Virus record (IMG/VR): IMGVR_UViG_3300034102_002845
Reading direction: 5' to 3' (one strand)
Source: a virus
Taxonomy: Duplodnaviria; Heunggongvirae; Uroviricota; Caudoviricetes
DNA length: 41,098 bases
The notes under the pieces are model-generated. The model did not search any database. It was given only the letters and a program-made list of their open reading frames with translations, and had not been told where the DNA came from. The translations under genes and the position numbers were made by a program. Below are positions 1-7,847 of the stretch, one piece after another (position 1 is the stretch's first letter; every line of letters starts with the position of its first letter).

Positions 1-2
1 TC

Positions 3-755
3 CAGGCGGGCACCCGGCTGCCGGTCAGCGCTATCACCCCCGACCGTTTTCAACACGTCAAGCTCCAGCTTGTCACCCCCATCCTGGCTAGCGATGGCAA
101 AACCAAACTGGATACGGTGTATGCCTATCAGCCCCATGTCGAGCTTGAGGGTCAGCCGCAGGCGATCAAGCTTCCTGTCAAATATCGTGGCCAAACGGAT
201 AACGACTGGCATCCCACCTTTGGCAATGGATACCGCCAGTGCAATCTTACCTCTTGCACGATGTTGGCTGATTTTCTCCTCAATGGCGAGCTCAGCCGCT
301 CCGCTACTAGCCAGGGTCTAAAGGAACCGGAATCGGCTTACCAGAAGCTACTTGCCCCCTATGGTGACACCATAGATCACAATTGCCAGACCAAGGCCCT
401 CAAGGATCTAGGCATCGAATCTTATTACACCCAGCAGAGCATTTCAGCCGATGATCTCCTACTCTCTTTGAGCAAGGATATTCCAGTGGTGATCGGCGTT
501 AAGTATAAGAGTGGTGGCCATATTGTGTTGTTGGTTGGGCACGATCTCGAACGCAAGCTTTGGCTTGTCCACGATCCCTTTGGCACCCGCCATGGTGCTT
601 CCGATAGCTACGACATCGGCATCGGCGGTGCCTACGACGAATACAGCTACGACACCTTTGATCGCATCTTCTGGGATCGGGGTCCTGGTAGCGGTGATGG
701 TCGAATCGTCACCAGCGTCAAGGGCAAGCCCACCGGACTCAAGAGCGGCCTCTAA
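3..755 (+). CDS. Peptidase C39-like (papain-fold) protein, 5' end outside window
   Basis: Frame is open from position 3. Motifs QCNLTSC, GHIVLLVG and VHDPFG give a Cys/His/Asp arrangement. Lies next to an endolysin. Confidence 0.7.
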   Translation, partial: QAGTRLPVSAITPDRFQHVKLQLVTPILASDGKTKLDTVYAYQPHVELEGQPQAIKLPVKYRGQTDNDWHPTFGNGYRQCNLTSCTMLADFLLNGELSRSATSQGLKEPESAYQKLLAPYGDTIDHNCQTKALKDLGIESYYTQQSISADDLLLSLSKDIPVVIGVKYKSGGHIVLLVGHDLERKLWLVHDPFGTRHGASDSYDIGIGGAYDEYSYDTFDRIFWDRGPGSGDGRIVTSVKGKPTGLKSGL

Positions 756-953
756 CCACTTGCCAACTGGGGCTCCGGCATCGAAAGGCTCGCCGCAAAC
801 CAAGCTTCAAGTTTCTTGAGTTCTAGCAGGCGGAGGTTTGAACCATCCCGGGTCCAGCCGTTGGCGTGAAGAAACCTTCTCAATGGCTTGTCATCAGCTT
901 GATTCCGGTTTTGAATTCTGATTGAAGTCTTTTTGTCATTAATTTCCCCGATC

Positions 954-1670
954 ATGGCCAGAATTACACCAGAAAAATTCCTCGACTTCATCACCTACTT
1001 TCGTAAGGATAATCGCAATCATGTGGAAGCGATGAAGGCCTTTGCCGCCAAGGTAGATCCAGCCCTCATGGATGACACTGCCCCCTGGGTCATCCAATTC
1101 CGCACCTCTCCAGATTCCCCTGGTCTCGACCGGGCCTCTGGTGCGGCTTTGATCACCAAACAGCAACTGGCAAGCATTTGGATCTGCGGACCAGGGATGA
1201 TCAAGGACGAGGAAGTGACCGAGCTCAACGAATGCCTTCAACGTTTTGGCGTAACCACAAAGCCCAGGCTCCGCCATTTCCTCAGCCAGACCGCCCATGA
1301 ATCAGGGGGCGGACGTTACAAAAAGGAGCTCGCCTCCGGCTGGGACTATGAGGACAGGGCTGATCTCGGCAATACCCAGCCAGGAGACGGGCCTCGCTTC
1401 AAGGGAGCCGGCTACATTCAACTGACTGGACGAGCCAACTACCAAGATTTTGCCGACTTCATCAAAGATCCTGCTGTGATGAAGGGTGTTGACTATGTTG
1501 CCGATAATTATCCCTTTAGCTCGGCAGGATTTTGGTGGCAAAACAACAAGATGAATCAGCTTTGTGATAAGAACCCCTCGGTGGAGCAGGTTACCAGGAG
1601 AGTTAACGGCGGCTACAACGGTCTTGAAGACCGCAAAATGTACTACAATCGCACACTCCAAGTTGTTTGA
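954..1670 (+). CDS. GH19 chitinase-like endolysin
   Basis: [31 protein letters not shown] and [15 protein letters not shown] motifs. ATG 954 preferred as start. Confidence 0.9.
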   Translation: MARITPEKFLDFITYFRKDNRNHVEAMKAFAAKVDPALMDDTAPWVIQFRTSPDSPGLDRASGAALITKQQLASIWICGPGMIKDEEVTELNECLQRFGVTTKPRLRHFLSQTAHESGGGRYKKELASGWDYEDRADLGNTQPGDGPRFKGAGYIQLTGRANYQDFADFIKDPAVMKGVDYVADNYPFSSAGFWWQNNKMNQLCDKNPSVEQVTRRVNGGYNGLEDRKMYYNRTLQVV

Positions 1671-1847
1671 TTGTGCTTGCGGTAGAAGAACCCGGCTCTT
1701 TGCGCTCCCACTCCTTATTTGTGTACGAATTCTGGCAAATGACGGACTATTTGTGACTGTTCGGAGCCCGAAACCAAAGGTCGCACCCTTGGAAATTAGC
1801 TGCTTCACGAAGCGGATTCTTAACCTGAGCACGTAGCTCCCGAGACA

Positions 1848-2138
1848 ATGGAAAACTTTGACGAGACAAAAAGAACATACAACACCGAGGTCAGGGAACC
1901 GTGGAACCCTGTTATCAAAACCTGCCTAGATGCAATAGACCGACACATGTCCTTGCATCTTAGAACGGGGTGCCCCCAGAACTTGCAACAAGCTGAGTTG
2001 CTAAGGGCGTACGTTGCTGGGTTGAAGGAGTGGGTGCGGTCCGAGGAGATTAAGAGTGGTTGCGGAGGGGGGGGGGGGGGGATCAAGGTGAGGGGTAAAC
2101 CACCCCTTTACGCCTGCGAAGCAAACAGGGTAAAATAA
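1848..2138 (+). CDS. Hypothetical phage protein with a G15 tract in its 3' end
   Basis: ORF track; helical protein-like sequence. Confidence 0.6.
   Translation: MENFDETKRTYNTEVREPWNPVIKTCLDAIDRHMSLHLRTGCPQNLQQAELLRAYVAGLKEWVRSEEIKSGCGGGGGGIKVRGKPPLYACEANRVK
2067..2081 (+). repeat. Poly-G homopolymer (15 nt)
   Basis: Read directly from the sequence. Confidence 0.9.
2128..2134 (+). promoter_or_regulatory. GGGTAAA motif (putative late promoter)
   Basis: 30 nt before ATG 2158; recurs 29-35 nt upstream of five other starts. Confidence 0.55.
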
Positions 2139-2157
2139 GGCATACACGGGAAATCGT

Positions 2158-3630
2158 ATGCAAGGCTCCTTCACCCCTGACTCCGCCGAAAAGTTTCTCG
2201 CGATGATGCGGGATGCAGGCTACGAAGCGTCCGCCATCTCAAGTGTAGGGGGACTTCAAGATTTCTCTGAAGGGGCTAGGAGTCGTGGAGAGCAGCAATT
2301 TGTTGCAAAATCCGGTGAGGCTCGCGGAGAATACATTGAGAACTACGACTACACCCGCTGCGTCCGCCCCAATGGCACTGCATACGGCACCGGGGGGACC
2401 TGCCGCAAGGGGGTCCAAGAGGACAAGGGAGAGAACGATGCAATAAGCCAACTTGCGGGAATGCTCCCGAAAGGGTCGAAGATTGTAGAAAGCTCTGGGC
2501 GGACTCAAACGGTGGGTGCAAAGGGCAAAGTCAAAGCGGCTCTAACCGGTGAGCACTGGGCTGTAATTAACGAGAAAATGAAAGAGGTGGGAGAGAAGCT
2601 AAGCCGCCAGGAGGGGTTGCTGAAGCGCATGTCAGACTCACCGAAGTTTGATGACCTAAGGAAAACCACACAGGATAAGATTGAAAAGTTGAGTAGTGCC
2701 TATAAAAAGCTCAATCAGACGAAGATGCAAATTCGGGACTCCCTGGACAAAGGGAGAATTGAGACCGGTGTGATGGTTCCCCTTGTACCAGAGAACCTGA
2801 CTCCGAGCGGGGTCACAAAGTTTCCGAGCAAGGCCCGAATTTCTCAGGCTGCGGACCCCACTCCAAGCAAGGAGATGGTGTCGGACAAGAAGAAGAGGGG
2901 GGCGAAGCCGGGTGGAATGCGGGTTACTGAGAAGATTAAGGCTTTGGGGGCTGAGGACCTTAAGAAAGTTCTGAGTGACCCGAGACTGAATGATAGGCAA
3001 AGGGGGCAGCTGAATAAGTTGTTGAAGGAGAAGCAGGGGGAGGGGTTAAAGGGACCTCAAGCGGCAACTTCCAAGGGGGGTACATTACCACACTCAGTTG
3101 CAATGGCAAGAAGAACTGAAGCTATGTTCAAAAGGGGCGAACAGATAGGCGCTAAAGCACAAGACTACCTTAGAGACCGTGGTGCGCTTCAGGCACCTTT
3201 GGGGAGCAGGTTATCCAACGCAGAAGGGCGAGCAGGGCGAGTTGTGTACGCTAACAGAAATCGACTGGCCCAAATACGGATGCGACGTGTTAACGATGCA
3301 ATGGACGATCGGAACCCTGGAGGGGCGAAGAAAGACACGATGGTCGGGGACTCCTCTCCCGCCAGGGGAGCGGCGAAAGAAGGTCAAAGGCGCCAGGAAC
3401 TTGCACCGAAGAGAGAACTGAGAGGGCAGGAATTGGGTAACGCAATGGTTCTTAACGCGAACATTACCGAGCGTGTGCGGGCGAATTACGGGGGCACCCT
3501 GGCGACGAAAAAAGCCAGGGCTGAACTGCAAACGGCACTCGACAAGGAGGGTGCGCTCAACCGCGAGGAAATTACAAGGATGTTAGAGGCTCAAAGACGG
3601 TATAATCAGCTCATGAAGGACCACTCATGA
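2158..3630 (+). CDS. YDxTRC-module family protein 1 (basic, coiled-coil C-terminus)
   Basis: MQGSF leader and YDYTRCVRPNGTAYGTGGTCRKG shared with paralogs. Confidence 0.8.
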   Translation: MQGSFTPDSAEKFLAMMRDAGYEASAISSVGGLQDFSEGARSRGEQQFVAKSGEARGEYIENYDYTRCVRPNGTAYGTGGTCRKGVQEDKGENDAISQLAGMLPKGSKIVESSGRTQTVGAKGKVKAALTGEHWAVINEKMKEVGEKLSRQEGLLKRMSDSPKFDDLRKTTQDKIEKLSSAYKKLNQTKMQIRDSLDKGRIETGVMVPLVPENLTPSGVTKFPSKARISQAADPTPSKEMVSDKKKRGAKPGGMRVTEKIKALGAEDLKKVLSDPRLNDRQRGQLNKLLKEKQGEGLKGPQAATSKGGTLPHSVAMARRTEAMFKRGEQIGAKAQDYLRDRGALQAPLGSRLSNAEGRAGRVVYANRNRLAQIRMRRVNDAMDDRNPGGAKKDTMVGDSSPARGAAKEGQRRQELAPKRELRGQELGNAMVLNANITERVRANYGGTLATKKARAELQTALDKEGALNREEITRMLEAQRRYNQLMKDHS

Positions 3631-3696
3631 GAACCACCCCCTAAGAGCAAAACGACCTCAAAAGACCCTGTTGCCCCAGCCCTCGCCAAGAGCAAA

Positions 3697-4434
3697 ATGA
3701 ACGGAACATTCTCCGAAAGTTCACTAGTTGCCTACTCACAGCTCACCTCTGAGCTAAACGATGAGTGCTTCTCCGAAGAGGAACGCTATGACTTTACACG
3801 TTGTGTGAGGCCCGATGGCACTGCGTACGGCACGAAAGGAAAGTGTCGCAAAGGGGTAGAGCAGGCGGCAGACAAGAAAAAACCTCGACCCAAAACAAGT
3901 AAAGCACCGAAAAGGTTGTTTGAAGGGGGGAACAACTTGGACTTCGTCGCTGTGGAAGCCGCTGCGGAGGAATGGAGGAAAAAAGCTGGCCTAACTGCGT
4001 ATCCGGGCTCAGTCGACTGGGAGCACGACCGAGTCCACGTTTTACTACACAGTTTTCTCGGTGGCCCGGAAAAAATTGGAGAGTGGTTTGGTATTGGCTC
4101 GTTTAGTCCCTCACCTGCGGAAGAAGTTTTAGTCAACCTGCTCCACCGTTCAGCTTCCCTTAAGGGTCGTGGGGATAGCCCCGAGTTAACTGACAGAGAT
4201 CTAAAAAGATACGTTTCACGGGACATTCAGGTCTTAGACAGGAGGAACAATATCAAAGTAAAGTACCGTACAAAATACTTCTTTACAGAAGAAGATGGAT
4301 ACGAGCGAGCCAACTGGGACAAATTTATAAGAAAGTACAGGGAAATGGAGAAAACACCCGGATTCAACAAGCTGCTGGATGCAGCGTGCAAGTCTTTCCC
4401 TAATCTTGATGTCGCCGGAGAACTATTCCTATGA
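3697..4434 (+). CDS. YDxTRC-module family protein 2
   Basis: MNGTFSE leader, YDFTRCVRPDGTAYGTKGKCRKG, unique C-terminal domain. Confidence 0.8.
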   Translation: MNGTFSESSLVAYSQLTSELNDECFSEEERYDFTRCVRPDGTAYGTKGKCRKGVEQAADKKKPRPKTSKAPKRLFEGGNNLDFVAVEAAAEEWRKKAGLTAYPGSVDWEHDRVHVLLHSFLGGPEKIGEWFGIGSFSPSPAEEVLVNLLHRSASLKGRGDSPELTDRDLKRYVSRDIQVLDRRNNIKVKYRTKYFFTEEDGYERANWDKFIRKYREMEKTPGFNKLLDAACKSFPNLDVAGELFL

Positions 4435-4598
4435 ACAAAGACTCAATCAAAAAATTCATGGCCGACCCCCTGGTCCAGGACGCTCTAAAAACGGATGGGA
4501 GTGCTGAAGTGGGGAGAATGGCGATGATGATTGGCAATTTGGAAAGAAATCAAGACCTACGAGAGTTCGGACAGAGATTGCTCAACCAAGCTCGCTGA
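4431..4598 (+). CDS. 55-aa hypothetical protein coupled to the upstream gene (MNKDSIKKFMADP...)
   Basis: ATGA overlap with stop at 4434; below the ORF-track size cutoff. Confidence 0.6.
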   Translation: MNKDSIKKFMADPLVQDALKTDGSAEVGRMAMMIGNLERNQDLREFGQRLLNQAR

Positions 4599-4654
4599 AG
4601 ACAGCTCTTACACAACTAAGTATGCAAATACTTTTGTGCTGTTCGCGGGGGGAA

Positions 4655-4719
4655 GGCGGTTTACCGCCCAGCCTTGGCCGGTTTCCCGGCTTGTTTCTGC
4701 TCGTCAGAAACGGTATAAT
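4655..4719 (+). promoter_or_regulatory. Repeated composite promoter (double box)
   Basis: CGGTTTACCG and CGGTTTCCCG boxes; TTGTTT-17bp-TATAAT. Confidence 0.85.
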
Positions 4720-4739
4720 TAGATCATGAAAGCCCATTC

Positions 4740-6224
4740 ATGAAAACCACTCTCTCCCTGTCCCCTCAGCAGCAAGCCGCCAAGGGTTGGGTTCGAACCG
4801 GATCCGGTAACCTCATCGTAAGGTCAGTAGCGGGGTCTGGAAAGACCACCCTGCTGGTGGAAATGCTCCCCGAGACAGAAGGGGAAGTGGCGTTCTGTGC
4901 GTACAACAAGGCAATTTCTGAGGAGATTGCTCAGCGTGTAGCACCTTTGGGGCTGCAGAGCCGAGTGCGGACCGGGACGTGTCACTCGTTCGGCTTCGCT
5001 GCGCTGCGTGCTGCTCATAAAAACATTAAGGTTGACGGGAAGAAACTGGGAAACATTGCGGAGGACACGATAGAAAACTGGGGAATTCGCCGGTTTTGCG
5101 TCGCCACAGCGGCAATGGCAAAGCAACTCGGCTACCAAATTGACCCTGCGTTCAGTTGGGACGCGATGGTAAGCCATTTTTCTCTCGGAGACTTGCTCCC
5201 TGAAGACGTCTCTTACGACGATGCCATTCGTGAAACGGTGAAACTGGTGCGCAAAAGCAACTCCATGCTGGGCAAAGTCGTGGACTTTGACGACATGATT
5301 TATGGACCGCTGGTGAAGAACCTTCCATTTCGTCAGTACGACTGGTGCTTTCTAGACGAGGCGCAAGACGCGAACTTCGTCCGTCGAGCAATGATGAAGA
5401 AAATGCTGAAGCCGACTGGGCGTTTTGTCGCCGTGGGTGACGAACACCAGGCGATCTACGGATTCACCGGGGCTGACCATGCCTCCCTAGAGAACATTGC
5501 AACGGAGTTTCAAGCCACAGAGCTTCCACTCACTGTCACCTACCGGTGCCCCAAGAAGATTGTTTCAAAAGCCCAGGAGTGGGTCAGCCACATTGAGGCA
5601 CACGAAAGTGCTCCAGAGGGAGTTGTGGATAGCACGACCGTCAAAAAAGCCATAGGCAAAGGGGAATTTGGGGCGTCGGACGCCATCCTGTGCCGCACCA
5701 CGAAGCCCCTTATCGAACTTGCCTACAAATTGCTGCGTGAGGGCACAGCGTGCAGAGTTGAAGGGCGGGCCATCGGGGAGGGCCTAATCAAGCTGGCAAA
5801 GCGATGGAAAAAAGTTACCACGGTTGCTCAGCTTGAAGAGAGGCTGGAGCAGTGGGAAGGTGCCGAAATGACCAAAGCCCAGGCGAAGGGCAACAACGAC
5901 CGGTGCTCCACGGTAGAAGACCAGGTGGGGACGCTTCGTGTTCTGATTGAAAACTGCGATCCTGGCGACTCGATTGAGGTTCTTGTGAACAACATTCGAG
6001 AGCTTTTCTCGGACAGCGAAGGAAACCAGAGAAAGGTCCTCACACTGTCTACCATTCACCGGGCCAAGGGGCGAGAGTGGGACCGCGTGTTTGCACTGGA
6101 TATGGACCGCCTGAGCCCGAGCCGCTGGGCGAAGAAGCCGTGGGAGCTTGCTCAGGAAAGCAATCTGTGCTATGTACAGGTTACTCGGGCGAAGAAACAC
6201 CTTACACTGCTTTCATCCGTCTGA
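4740..6224 (+). CDS. UvrD/Rep-like superfamily 1 helicase
   Basis: VAGSGKTT, LDEAQD, VGDEHQAIYGF, TYRCP, TIHRAKGREW and YVQVTRAK motifs. Confidence 0.92.
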   Translation: MKTTLSLSPQQQAAKGWVRTGSGNLIVRSVAGSGKTTLLVEMLPETEGEVAFCAYNKAISEEIAQRVAPLGLQSRVRTGTCHSFGFAALRAAHKNIKVDGKKLGNIAEDTIENWGIRRFCVATAAMAKQLGYQIDPAFSWDAMVSHFSLGDLLPEDVSYDDAIRETVKLVRKSNSMLGKVVDFDDMIYGPLVKNLPFRQYDWCFLDEAQDANFVRRAMMKKMLKPTGRFVAVGDEHQAIYGFTGADHASLENIATEFQATELPLTVTYRCPKKIVSKAQEWVSHIEAHESAPEGVVDSTTVKKAIGKGEFGASDAILCRTTKPLIELAYKLLREGTACRVEGRAIGEGLIKLAKRWKKVTTVAQLEERLEQWEGAEMTKAQAKGNNDRCSTVEDQVGTLRVLIENCDPGDSIEVLVNNIRELFSDSEGNQRKVLTLSTIHRAKGREWDRVFALDMDRLSPSRWAKKPWELAQESNLCYVQVTRAKKHLTLLSSV

Positions 6225-6231
6225 GGTCGTA

Positions 6232-6238
6232 GGGTAAA
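6232..6238 (+). promoter_or_regulatory. GGGTAAA motif (putative late promoter)
   Basis: 30 nt before ATG 6262. Confidence 0.55.
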
Positions 6239-6261
6239 AGTTGGTACTTGACTCTGTACAG

Positions 6262-7419
6262 ATGGGTGGTTACTTCTCAGAAATTGCGCTAGATTCCTAC
6301 AGGAATCTTGTGATTAAACTGCAAGGTGCGGATTTTGCTGAGGGGGAAACCTATGACTTTACACGCTGTGTGAAACCGGACGGTACTGTGTATGGGACGG
6401 CGGGGCAGTGTAGGAAGGGTACGGAAGAGGCCAAGGGTGAAGTCCCACCGAGGGTTCGAGAAATGCGCGTTGGGAAGACGGTTAAGAGCCCTTCCGTCGG
6501 GGACCTGGAAAAGCTTCTAGGTGATCCGAGAGTAAAGCCTCACCAGGCCGCCAAGATTCAGAAGCTAATTGACGAGAAGAAAGGTTCAGAGATACCTCCC
6601 AAGCCAAAGGAACCAACTAAGCCCAAAATCGGAGGTGAGTTGGTAGGTGATACCACTAAGCTAACAGGGGGTTTGCCCAGGAAGAGTATAGAGGAGAAGA
6701 TAAAAGAACTAAATGAGTATAAGAAGAAGCACCCCAAACCTGACGAATACCTAGACTTTGAGCTGGAAAGGCTCAACAAGGAACTAAACAAATTTAAGAC
6801 TAACGAAAAAATCCTAAGCGGTATGGTGGACAACGTTCCGGCGGGAACCAAAGTCTTCGTTTCTTCCCCCTTTGCGAGCATCGTCACTGAAGTCACAACA
6901 AAGTCAGGACATCGTGTGAAGACGGAGTTTGGGCGAAAACACTTCGACTTTAAGGTTAACGGAAAGTATGACGCGGGTACAGTAACGCAGAGAGGGGAGC
7001 AAATTGAAGTGGCAAACACCGTCCGTCGTACGTACGAAGCTCTTGTTAAGTCTCTTCCAGAGGGCGCCGTAGTGACGACGAAAGCTTGGACGGAAGACGG
7101 TAGGGGTCAGAGTAGAATGGACGCTTATGTTAAGATGGGATTTTCCAGACCAAAAACGACGAAGGACGGGGAAGAAATTGATGGACCGCCAGGGATGAAC
7201 CAGTATGCCAAGAAAAGTAACGGGAAAATGGTCCCCTCCACCTCTTCCGAGGCGAGTCTGGATCAAACTTACATGTTTAAAGAAAGCTCTAGAGAGATAT
7301 CCCTTTGGCATACGGTTATTTTTGGGGCAGGGCTTAAGACAAACAAACCCGGATTCTTCGAAGAGTCTCTGAAAGCTACCCCTTATACGACTCATAGGAC
7401 CTTTAACTCCACTACCTGA
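6262..7419 (+). CDS. YDxTRC-module family protein 3, possible GNAT-like C-terminal domain
   Basis: MGGYFSE leader (ATG 6262) and YDFTRCVKPDGTVYGTAGQCRKG. 'RMDAYVKMGF' resembles the C-terminal GNAT motif (tentative). Confidence 0.75.
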   Translation: MGGYFSEIALDSYRNLVIKLQGADFAEGETYDFTRCVKPDGTVYGTAGQCRKGTEEAKGEVPPRVREMRVGKTVKSPSVGDLEKLLGDPRVKPHQAAKIQKLIDEKKGSEIPPKPKEPTKPKIGGELVGDTTKLTGGLPRKSIEEKIKELNEYKKKHPKPDEYLDFELERLNKELNKFKTNEKILSGMVDNVPAGTKVFVSSPFASIVTEVTTKSGHRVKTEFGRKHFDFKVNGKYDAGTVTQRGEQIEVANTVRRTYEALVKSLPEGAVVTTKAWTEDGRGQSRMDAYVKMGFSRPKTTKDGEEIDGPPGMNQYAKKSNGKMVPSTSSEASLDQTYMFKESSREISLWHTVIFGAGLKTNKPGFFEESLKATPYTTHRTFNSTT

Positions 7420-7512
7420 ATGAGCCTTGGCACTTAACCTGGGAGGAGATTCTGAGGGGTGCGTACCAGACTTAGAGAAGGTGGTATAAGCGGGTATAGA
7501 AACAAATTACCC

Positions 7513-7692
7513 CTGCAAGGGTCTTTTTCCGAAACCGTACTTGAGCAGTTTGCTCAGCTTGCAACTCATACTTAGTCTGTAAACTTTACTGAAGGTGGTG
7601 AGTATGTCTTTACACGGCGTGTGAGACCGGACGGTACAGCAGTAAAGTTTTCCTCCAGCAAAGTTTTGGAACCAACGTTTACCGATCGCTAA
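7513..7692 (+). pseudogene. Degenerate fifth copy of the YDxTRC family N-terminus
   Basis: Translates as LQGSFSETVLEQFAQLATHT*SVNFTEGGEYVFTRRVRPDGTAVK. CTG replaces ATG, in-frame TAG at 7573-7575, first Cys lost, truncated. Confidence 0.8.
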
Positions 7693-7847
7693 GCACCCTA
7701 TACTACCTGTGTCGCGGTTGATTCTTTCAACCGCCTTGCCGCTACCGGGACTAGGCAAGTCAATCTGTCTCTCATCCTGCCTCACCTTAGGGTAGTGAGG
7801 GTTTTGTAACAGATCTTTCCCTAAGATCACTTACTTAATCATGCTAA

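Noticed and set aside
7507-7830. Minus-strand 107-aa ORF upstream of psbA
   Set aside because: It overlaps the plus-strand family pseudogene, which has clear homology support.
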